Assembly: GCA_012295275.1 (NCBI GenBank)
Contig: CM022672.1
Coordinates: 34,844,001 to 34,908,000 of the forward strand
Reading direction: 5' to 3'
DNA: 64,000 nucleotides
Source of the DNA: Chrysomallon squamiferum
Lineage: Eukaryota; Animalia; Mollusca
The translations under genes and the position numbers were made by a program. Below, piece after piece: positions 1 through 17,874 of this stretch; the first letter of the stretch is position 1; every line of letters begins with the position of its first letter. The notes beneath the pieces are model-generated. The model was given only the letters and a program-made list of their open reading frames with translations. It did no database searches and was not told the origin of the DNA.

Positions 1-71
1 GAGAGAGAGAGATTTTAATTTTAAACATTATTTATATATTTTTTATTTCTATTAAATTATTTCTTTCTCAG

Positions 72-5673
<5,602 letters not shown>

Positions 5674-5902
5674 TATTTTTCAGTAAAGAGAAAACTGGTT
5701 TTAGAACATTCGGAATTTTTTGAAACTTTCTATGGGGTGATTAAATTAGTGCCACTTAATTATTTCTCTGTAGTATAATATCTTTTAAGAACTGTACAGT
5801 ATAACTGAATATATAATATGACATTATATTTTAAATATTTAGTTTAGTAAATACTTACTTTGCTATTTAAGGAGTATATAATTATATCCTAAGCAGCTAT
5901 GT

Positions 5903-5966
<64 letters not shown>

Positions 5967-6104
5967 TAATAATAATAATGTTAAAAACAAAAAACAATGT
6001 GTTTCTGATTGTTACAAAAACGCCAACAACTGCCAGTTTGATGAAATCATAAACTCTGTGGTATTTGGATATTGTTCTTGTCAATATTACTATTATTATT
6101 ATTA

Positions 6105-6145
<41 letters not shown>

Positions 6146-8266
6146 GCCATAATAACTAGTTTTTTGCTAGATTATTTCTGTTTTGTGTCAGAAACTTTGT
6201 TTTTTCTTAGTGACGATAACTATATATTATTTTTATTGATTGATCTGCGATTATTTTATAGTTTCGTAATTAATTATATTCTTTAGATATCGGCTTTTTG
6301 GCTTAATTATTTCCTTAGTTGCTATTAATATATTTTGTCTTAATTAAAGTGAACTTTGTATTTTATAAACAAATATGTACATCTTACAACATATCCAGAT
6401 TAGAAGATATTTTATCAATATTTTTATACATTGGTGTGTGTTATTGTGTGTAATATAGCTAATACTGCATGTGATTCATCTGAGAATGGTGACGGGGATA
6501 ATAAAGAAATCACAAAAAGTAAGTTTTAAAAGCCAGGCTGTCCATCTTGTTATTAATTCAAATAACGCCATCCCATCAGCATTGGAATAAGTTTATTGTT
6601 TCTTTCTTTTTTATCTCATCAGCATTTATTTCAATAAGTTTATTGTTTCTTTCTTTTCTTATGCAATTATTTCAAATAAAAAAATGCTTAAAGAAATATC
6701 TTAATGTAAATATTAATTAATTACTAAATTTTATTGTAATTAAAATAAAAAATAAATACATAAAAACAACAAATAAAAAATACCAACTAATTATTACAAA
6801 TTCATAAAACCTATTTCAGAAAAAAATGTCATGGATTAAATCATATGCGAGTGGTAATACACACGAACAACATAAAGAATCTTTCTGATTTGCTAAAGTT
6901 ATTTAAAATGAAAAATTTGAATTTCCGCCGCCTTTTCTTCTTTTTTGTCACAATTTTGAGTTTGTTCATCCCAGTAACTAAACACGTTATGATAACCTTT
7001 CGAAAAATAATAATAATAATAATAATAAAAATAATAATAAAAATTCCGTGACAAATAATAATGACGGTCTTCCCTTGATTGATGATCAGTAATTATAATG
7101 GAAAAAATTATTATACGTTATTGCAAAATTTCAATAAGTTGACATCAGTTTTGCAAAAAATCTGAACATGATAAAAAATAGTAGTAATAATGCGATACAA
7201 TTTTGAAAAATTAACCTTGTTTTGTTTGAATCTTAGTTAAAAAGAAACGATACTAAAAGATAAAAAGTATTATATATAATAATATATCATAACGTGGTAT
7301 AATTTGTTTATTTTTCAATTTCTTTTTAATTCATTCTCCTTTTTCGTTTGACATTTTCTTCTTATAAAAACAAAATACTAAAACATAAAAATAAAATATC
7401 CAACAGTAATAGATTTTAATTCCTAAGTCAAACATCATGGATGAAGACTTAAAAAACAAAATCCAAAAATAAGATTAAATCAATCAGCAAATGTCACTAA
7501 AAAAAGACAAAAAAACAAAACTAACTTTCTAAACCATATTTACCAAACCATCATTGCTTGAGAGGTGCTTTGTCTTGGGTACGCGTCCCTTAGACACCTT
7601 GACTCAAGACGGCGCACCGATCAAAATATCTCGTTTAAAGCGCGTGCTTGATGTTTATAGAGCTCGCGCGTGCGTTCCTGAAACACATCTGCAGAAGCCT
7701 GTCACACTTCTGCAGACAGCCTTTCTGAATTTACTTTGAAAATTAAAACACAATTTTGAGTTTGTTCATCCCAGTGTTTCTTAGTTTATACAGTAACGGA
7801 ACTTCCGCTAATTATATAATACAGCTCCCCATGGACGTCTGCCTTATTTAATGTAAATATTTTATTTTAATTTACAAATGTTTTTTGTTATTTAGTTCAT
7901 TTATTTATTACTTCCTGATGTTAATGAGAAAAGTGCAAATACACGAATAGTTAAACATTTTAAAGAGTGGGAATGTCAGAATGAGGTCACGGCAAAACTC
8001 CGTGATCTATGTTTTGTGGTTTGCATGACAGAACTATGTTTGTTTTTTATTAACTCGCTGCAGTTTTATAAACAGAAAGAGAAATGTATGACGTCCTCGA
8101 CACGTTGCCCAGTTTTGTTTTGCTCGTTCTGTTTTCATCCGAGCACATTTTTCAAAATGAAATAAACACAGAAAAAAGTGCTGAAAAAAGCAGACGATCT
8201 TTTTGGTTTATATCTGGTTTCGTTTTTTTTTTTTTTTTATTTTTTTTAAATTTATTTATTATTTAA

Positions 8267-8332
<66 letters not shown>

Positions 8333-8559
8333 TACTATCTGTTCAAATATTATTATCTTTTATTTCTTTCTGTTTATTTTTATACAAAGCTCTTTTTTTG
8401 TTGTTCATTGTTTCTTGCAGATACACTGTAAGTAAGTGAGAGAATGTTACTGGAGGTAGAGATAGAAGATATTCACCTTGTCTGAAGATGTTAGTGAACA
8501 TTTTTCTGTGTTTGAAATAGATATATGTGTTACTGCTGACATTGTTATATGAAGAGATT

Positions 8560-9360
8560 ACACCAGCTCGTTTCAAACATTTATTCATTATTGCTTGTCC
8601 TAGATGTGAATCACATTAAGTAGTGAACTCTTAGCTTGAAACTTTTGTCTCGTTATAGAAGAGTCAACTGATCTGTTTTCACTACACTCGACCTAGTCCT
8701 CTGTTATATCTGAAAGAAAACTTACGGCGAATTACAAGATTATCTATCATTGTGCTGTTTGTTTCATATACCTTGGTGTCTTAAAAATACTTTTATATTA
8801 CATTAAATACTTCAATGTTTATTACTTCTATCTGTTTCATCGTTTGAACAGTGACGACATTGCAATAGCAAAGAAAGACAAGATTTCACATTATGTATCT
8901 CTAAAATAAGAGTTAAGTTTTTCTTTCATTAGTAGATGAAATCAGCAGTAAACACACACACACATATGTATATGTCTATGTATGTATGTATGTATTTCTG
9001 TTGTACGTGTGTGTGTGTTATTGTATGTACATGTGTATACGTGTCTGTATTCTATGATATGGTTTATATTTGTATATAACAGTTGACAATACAGGGGTAT
9101 TCTGATACCTGTCTGCTAAGAAAAAGCATATGAAACGTTTTCTGTTTATTGTGAACGAATTTGAGTATGTGTAAAACCGATATTCCTAGATCCAAATTTA
9201 ACCTTAGTGTGTTTAATTTAATATTCGTCTGCTATGAACTTTGTACCAGAATATATTACATCGTGTTTTTATCTTTTCTCATTGGTGAGTCATGACAACG
9301 AGTCTTGTCTCAACTCGCAGTTTTACTTCCTGGTTTGTTTGTCTACGAAACATTTTCACT
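8560..9360 (+). promoter_or_regulatory. Putative promoter/5' region shared by the receptor copies, with AP-1 and ETS-like sites
   Basis: Homologous to 27215-27855, ~46345-47198 and ~54548-53897(-). TGAGTCA at 9286, 27782 and 53966 (absent in C); ACTTCCTG at 9325. Confidence 0.5.
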
Positions 9361-12300
9361 ATGGCTGGGTGCTGGATAAGTCTTCAGTTTCTAGTTTGTT
9401 GTTTAATTTTGCAGTCAGGACAGATAGCAGCCGGATATGGTAAGTTATAAAATATTTGTATTTGTGAAACATTTACAGGATATACGAATAATTATTACTT
9501 TTAATTTATAGTGATACTGATAAATATTTAGGAAGGTTGCAAATAAGATTTATTTTTCTTCCTCTGTTATTATTGTTATCGTTTTTGTTGTTGTTGTTGT
9601 TGCACTGTTGGTGGTAATGGACGTGATTCAGACAATTATGTATTTCGGTTCATTATGTAACTTACTTCGACAGAATACTAATATACTAAAATACAACCAT
9701 CATTAAAGATATTTCCCTTGACGACAAAAATATACTTTGTTAACAAATACTTACATTGAGTGACAGAACATAAACACTAGTATTGAATATTTCTGTATAA
9801 GCTGTGCATTTTTTACATATTTATTATAGCTAGTACACATAGTAATATATTTCTTTCAGTTATCTTCTTCTTTTTTTATTAAATCTAGTAAGATATCAAT
9901 TTTAGTTTATATGACTGGCTTTTGTTATTAACATTTTCAAGAAACGGTAGCTATAAAAGCAATAGTAACTTGATCATAGCTGACACTGGTAGAAATAATA
10001 ACAATAACAGAGATAGAGTCGTAACCAACTGTTTACACTTCTACACTAAATATAATAATAATAATTAGTATTATCAGCAATAAGACCATCATAAACACTG
10101 CTTAGTTTATACAAGTAATTCTGAATACTGAGACGGTCAGTTGGATTTCCGATCCACTAGAGGAAACCAAACTTATAATAATTATTATAGTTTCTTTACT
10201 ACTAAGAATACTATTAACAACAAGATTAGGAGTTAATAGAATGAAAAAAAAAAAATACTATATTATAGACATATTAAAATATGTCTAGTTCAATGTAGGA
10301 ATCTATGAATCCTTCGCTTTATTTCATGTATACATAAATGTATTTTTCTTTTGCTGTTCAAACATCCGTGTTCTTTGTTTGACCCAAATTTAAACGCACT
10401 TCATAAAAGGATGTTAAAACGGAACGTTAACACACAGACAGACCAATTGACTCACTCAAACGCGTTTAGATACGCACAAACATTCAGTCATATATGTCGC
10501 GTTTTTCCACAGATTTTAATAAAACTAAAGACAAACTGAGTCTTCTTCTTAAACTGTGTTATTGTTTTGTTCACAAATCGTACTAATAATGTTTTTATTA
10601 TTATACTAAGTACAGGAAGATGATTTTACTTTTGGTAGCGGTAATGGTGAGGCAAACAAATAAAAAAATCGTGTGGCAGGAAGATGTAAGGTTTCAGAAG
10701 ATATGAAAACGATTTCAAAACAGCGATTTGAATGTAAACAAGTCGAGCTTTGGTTGTATTTTTTCTGTTGTTTAAACACTGACATTTGTATAGATTTATA
10801 TGTAATCGAAGAAATTAGTTTCTCACACGTTTGCTTTGTGATGATTATGAATGATAATTAATTAACTTTTATAAATATTGATAGTTAAAAATAACTATTC
10901 ATTATTTTTTAAATAAAATTATGTCGTCATTAGTGTAAATCTGTAGTTTATAATACAGCATTTTCAAAATCATCATAAACAAACTTCATATATTAAAACA
11001 GTTTAAATACATTAATTAATTTCAGTGCATATATTAAGCATCACAAATAAATAAATAAATAAACAAACAAACAAAAAAACAAATAAATAAATAAGTATCA
11101 TCAGTTTTGAATATTACTTTATTCAGTATAAACCGTTTAAATCATGATTATAGCCTGTACAAACATAACATTACACATACTTCCTTTAATGTTAATTGTA
11201 CTTTTCCTGTAGCAGAATATGTCTACAATTTCACTTATTTAAGGCCAATGTTTTATGTGTTTGGGTGACTGTCTGTCGTCAGTAAATTATTTACAGATAT
11301 ATAGAGAAGAGTAGCTGTAAAAACTCCATCAGCGCTGTCACTGGTAGAAGAAATAATATTAATTATGATATAGAAATACAGCCATAACCACTGAGATGTT
11401 TATCATTTCAACTGTCAAAGTTCAACAAGAATTAGGAAACAAATCGCTTATATTTTGTCATGAATACAGCAACAAATTATTGAATGTTTGATGAGATGTG
11501 TAAAATATCGTGGACATATTTTGAATATAATAAAGTTGAACAGGAATCTGATTTTATTTATTTATCTTGTGTGTGTTTGGATGGATGAATGGATCAATGG
11601 ACGTGTGGGGCTTCAGTTACAAAACAACATTTTTTATGAGAGCGCATATTTTATATACGAAGTACAGCAAATTAATTAGTTTTCCTTCCTGCTACTTCGA
11701 TGTGTTTTCTCTTTCTATTCACGAATCAGGAAAACAAAAGTTGTGAAAGAAATGAATATGAATGAAAAAAAGGCTTTGTGTGTGTGTTTTTTTTTTATAT
11801 ATTAGGCAGATAGGAGACATAAACATAGTCAGGCAGAGAGAAAGACAGAAATAAATAAAAAAGATATGAGTTACTTAAGAAAATTCTGAGTAAATGTACT
11901 GATGTATAAGCCTAATGGTGAACAAAAATATCCATTCTCTAACAGCAGTTATTCTCTTTAACATAATTTTAGGTTTTTTGTTGTTGTTGTTGTTGCTGTT
12001 GATATGTTTGTTTTCTTTCTTATTTTCTCTCTTTGTCTCTCTGTCTCGCCTCCTACCTCCCTCTGTCTCTTACACATATTCTCTCTATCTCTGATCTCTA
12101 TATTTGTGTCTGTTAGAAAAAAACCACATAAACATACAAATACAAAAACACTTCTACTAAAACACACACCGTAGATGTTAAACTAAGCGTTAAGATCACA
12201 AGATGGAACAAGTTTTTGTAATTATACTTCCTTGTTCGTTATCAGTCTAAAGCGAATTGGCAGCAGTATTGAGATTTTGTTTTTCTAGCTTGTTATTTGA

Positions 12301-13714
12301 TTTTAGAATCAGGACTATCGTTTGCTTTATTTCTGATTATTCCGAGTGAAACATCAACTGTAACAAACAGCAGACTTTGCCTTTCATTTTCAGATATAAG
12401 TGTTTATAATGTAATAATATTATGAGTCTTTATTGCACTTAAAATTTTCATTATTATAATTTAAATAATTAAATCTCCAAAAGGGTTTATACATATTTAT
12501 TTTGTAAATGTTTGACTGTAAAAAGATGTTAGTAAAACACTTATTGTAGATATGTATTTGTTTCCGATACTGAAGTTGTAATTTACTGTACTAAGTTTTT
12601 TCTTCATTCTTCATTCATTAATTTATATATGTGATATTTTTCAGTAAACGTAGCTCGGAATAAAAATGCATATCAAAATTCTTATTTGCCGGCTTATGAA
12701 AAACTTGCTTCAAGAGGCGTTGATGGAAAAACTAGAGGAAATTGGCGTAGAGTTATACACACAGATACAAACCAGCCTTACACTTGGTGGGAAGTAGATT
12801 TAGGAAAACCTTACTTTATTCATGAAGTTAAAATATATTTCAGATATGACAGTAAGTATGAAAATTAAACTATGAATATACAATACGTAACATTAATTAT
12901 AACAATTATTTTTGTTTGTTGATTTTAACTTGTTAGTGACGAAGATTGACGTCAGTGTTTGATGTTTCCGTTTCGTTGTCGTTGTTGCTGTTGTTGTATA
13001 ATTATTTCTGCAAGTTAACTATTATTAAATTTGCTACAGTTTGTGTTTATAATGTTTGCATGACAGCATTATTGATTTATTGGTGTCAATGTTGTTGCTT
13101 ATTTTTTTTTTTTTTTTTTTACAAAATCCACAAATCCATATTTTATCCGAAAATATTAGCTGAAGATTAAGTTTCCACAGTTTGATTGTAGACGGAGTAG
13201 ATCAATTGTAGTAATCACATTTTAGCAATATCGCAGTATTCCGTTGAACAGAGTGCAAGTATGTCTCAACACTGCTTAACGTGAAGTTTAAACAAGTTTT
13301 GACGACACAGTTTATAAATATTAAACTTTATTCATTAAAATTATTCTGGAACTTTTTTCATGTAATTCTTTCTTCTTTGTACGCATTTATTTATGTATTG
13401 ATTTATTCATACTAAATTAATTACTCGCTGTATCTAAAGAATCATAAGTTATAGAAGGAAATAATAATTTAGATAAAATGCGCAATTTGAGTTTGATATT
13501 TGCTGAGGTTGCTCAAATCAGCCAATCCTGAGATAATTTAGAATTTATGAAGTTTAAATCGGAAAAGAACAGAGTAGACTGATTTGAAAAACTTTTTTTT
13601 ATGTCTAGTAATGTGACAGGTAGAAATTTTCTCCTGGTGAAATTAAAGAATAACAATATATGTAAAATGCATGTTGTTTATTTTATTGTATTTTATTATT
13701 ACATTTTTATAATT

Positions 13715-13805
<91 letters not shown>

Positions 13806-15114
13806 CAAATTTGTCTTGGTATTTCTTGTTCGTTTGTTTTTGGTTCTTTTATTTTAATTTTTCTTTAGACCTCCTTGAATTCCTTTCTTTTATTATTATT
13901 ATTATTTTTATTTTTATTAATATTATTTGAATTTATTAATAAAAGTATGAAATTAATTGTATTTGATTTGTCAGCGTGATGGTAGTCCTAGTTCTTGTAT
14001 TGTTTGTAAGTACACTGTAACACTGAATTGTATCTAATTTAGATAAATGGAGAAGAAATGGTGTACAGGTTTATGCTAACACAGCAGCGAGACAGTCTAA
14101 CACAGGACATCTGTGTGGTACTGTTACTGGTAGAAAAGATGGAACTGATATTCCTGAAATTGTGAACATCACTTGTAACGTCAACGCTAGATATGTGACT
14201 GTTTATCAAGGAACAGATAATGGACAGTCGACAGCACTGGACTTTGTAGAAGTGGAAGTCTACGGTAATTCAACAGAGAATTGAAATTGGTCATTATAAT
14301 AATTTATAATATATTGATTATTGCACACTCAGTTGCAAGAGCTCAGTCGAAAATGAAAACATATTACAATTTTACTTAATAATACTTTGGAAAACTAACA
14401 AGGAAAAAGTAATAATTTAACATACAACAATGTTGAGATGGCTTGTATCAATTCACAACATACAATTTTTATGTTTCTGTCTAATTTGAATTTGTCCTGA
14501 TATAATTATTGTGCTTATTAAATATCTTTCATATGCTTGAATTTTGGGAATTTATAGTATTTCCTTTAAAATTCTTGGTCTTATCAAAGAATTAAAATAA
14601 AGACTGACCATTTGATATACATCTAGTTTTTACACAATCATCTCAGGGACTAACTAAGCAAGCCTCTGTAATGTTACTGAAACAGTCACCGGCTGAACTT
14701 GACTGAACACATTTATATAGTGATATGTGCAGTAGTACTGTAACAGATGTTGCATTAGTCATTCATATATTCTAAAAGTGATATAGTAATTCGTTATTAT
14801 TCTCCTGTTGTGTGATTGAATTTATAATAAATGGAAATGAATATATTCTTCTGTTCATGTTTCTTAATTGTTAGTAGGGATTTGCTTAAATATTCCCTAA
14901 GCTGACGTGTAACAACTGGGAAAAAGATGTAAGTATTGCACGCTAGGTAGAAGATGTATGATTACCATTTCATTCAGCCATGACTTGTGTTGTTATAAAT
15001 GGGATGTGTAACAAATTGGAAGATACCTTCACAAACAGTTTTAAAAATATATTTAATACTAATCCCTCCCCTCTACCTTAAAACACTTTTACTTATATAT
15101 ATTTCTTTCTTCTT

Positions 15115-15184
<70 letters not shown>

Positions 15185-17734
15185 TGTTTTCTTTTGTTTC
15201 GTTTCTTTTCTCTTCACTTCCACGTGTATATAATTGTTCTGATATTTAAATTTTTTAATACTGTTTACATTTTTCAGCCTGTCGAAGAGGATATTACGGT
15301 TCTGATTGTGACAAACTGTGTAACAGTCGTCATTGTCAGTCTGATTCGTGTCCTGCTGACACAGGTTCTTGTAATGGAGAATGTCAGGCTGGATGGATTG
15401 GACTTGACTGTACAGGTAACTAAATCATGAAGGAGAATTTATAAAAAGAGGTTTTCTTCCTAGTAATTGATTTTTTTAGAAACAACTAGAGTGCGATGGG
15501 GTTTAATTCAACTGTACAGGTACGATATCCAAACATATAACAGTATAGCTCAAGCGATAAAAAAGAACAAATGACTGAACTGTTGCTAAGTTTTGCACTG
15601 TGGGAACTGTGTGTAGTGTGAACAAAGGACACAGGGGTAGAATGAGAAGTGTTGGTTCAAATAAGCAAACAGTCAACTGTGATCGGTCAGAGAAAATCCA
15701 TGATGTGTGGAAACTAACACTGACTGTTCAACGTCTCCTAACAGTTGACTTACATCTGCTTTCACTGAAAAATTAAGTAGCAGAATGAACTGACATCCCA
15801 ACATTAAACAGTAATTTGTAGGTGATTTTCGAAAAATCTGGATAGAGATGATTAATATTTTGTCACGCAGATCTTTATCGGAAAATTAACGAACAAATCT
15901 TACTTACCTGGGGATCAGAGAATCCGGTTCAAGTTTACAGTGTAGCAGGGAGACAGTGGACGTTAAAGAGTTTACCACGTGATTAGAAAAGTTATTATTA
16001 GTCCATCTGTGCGTTCTTTTGGCTATGTGCTGAGAACAGTTATTATTTTGTTCCTCTTTTTTCCTACATAAATGTGTGTGTATCTGTGTGTATGTGTGTG
16101 TGTGTGTGTGTACAGACACATACATATAGACACCAAATTAAAAACATTATTTTCAGTGGAAAAGTATTTAATTTCAGAAGCACATACGTTTCCTGAGATC
16201 TGTATTTGTCCCTAATTTGTCTAATTTTTAAAATAAAAAATAATATTTTTTTTTTTTTTTTAATTTGAAGGGTAATGGCTGGTTAGTTTTAAAGAAGAAT
16301 ACTGAATATGACGTTGTTTTTAAAAATTACATTCATTTTCTTCTTTATAATTTAAAATGCATATCAAACAGAGAGAAACGAATGGATATAATTAGAAAAG
16401 ACGAATGACTTATTTGCTTACTTTATTTTTTAGTTATGTGTCAGTCAGGTATAACTTATGGTACTAACTGTAACAAACTGTGTAAAGATCGTCACTGTTT
16501 GAATTCTCAACAAAGCTGTCCTACAGACACTGGATCATGTAGTGGACAATGTCAGACAGGCTGGGACGAAATAGATTGTACAAATAATTACAATTTTACC
16601 AAAAGTCATGGAACAAAGCAAAAATATATTTAAAAAACAAAACAAAAATAAACCGTAGAACAACAGGTTTAAAATGTCTATGTGATTCTAATTTGAGCTG
16701 GCAGCTTTTCTTTCCTTTGTGGGAGGGAGTGAGAAGAGAGGTATAAACACAGAAATGTACAGTGAATTTATGCTAAGATGAAAATGTCCGAACAAATTCA
16801 ATCCATATTTTATGTTTTTCATTTAAATATTATTCATTGTGTGTCATGTTTTGGAGCAAATTCTTTTCGACCCTGAGTAAAACACATATGACATTTTATT
16901 TATAGTTTTATGAAAGTTAATTTACATGTACGCATCAAACTCTGTTTTATTATGTCCGATCAGCCAGTCACACTGTGTGTGTATATACATTTTTGTATTT
17001 TTAAAAATATATTAAATGTGTTTTAAATATATCTGGCTATTTTTGCTGTTATTCTGTACACGATTTGGAGTGTTGATCAGTCAGTCAGTTGATGGTTGGT
17101 AAACTATTGTTTTGATTGATACATTTTACTTTTATTATTTTTATTATATAATCAGTTTAAAAGCTGTGGCATGTTATAAGTTTGAATCTTTCGTGTCCAG
17201 AGTGTAAACAGAGTAACTTTTAATCCAAGACTGTATTTAATTTTATGCGACTTGACAATAATATTCTCTGCAATGTCACAGTTATTTTAAATACTTCTCT
17301 TTTTGTTGTGTTCTACGTTTTATTGATATTTTTCTTAATGTTTATAAATATATTATATATTTGTAAAATAAAGTACAGTCGTGCGATATAATAACACTTG
17401 ATTTTCTGTCAGTCTTTATTTCTTGTCATTTGTATTAATCTTGTTTAAGAAAGAAATAACTACACTAGTACATTTCTAACTAAAGACTAATACATTATTT
17501 TATTTAGTTGAATCTTCTATGTTTTCAGTGTGTCAGTTAGGTATAACTTATGGTACTAACTGTAACAAACTGTGTAGAGATCGTCACTGTTTGAATTCTC
17601 AACAAATCTGTCCTACAGACACTGGATCATGTAGTGGACAATGTAAGAGAGGCTGGACTGGAGATGACTGTACAGGTAATTAAATATTTTAGATGTGACT
17701 ATCTTTGTCGAAAAAACAAAACTATTTACATTAA

Positions 17735-17795
<61 letters not shown>

Positions 17796-17818
17796 CTATC
17801 TATCTATCTATCTATCTA

Positions 17819-17874
<56 letters not shown>

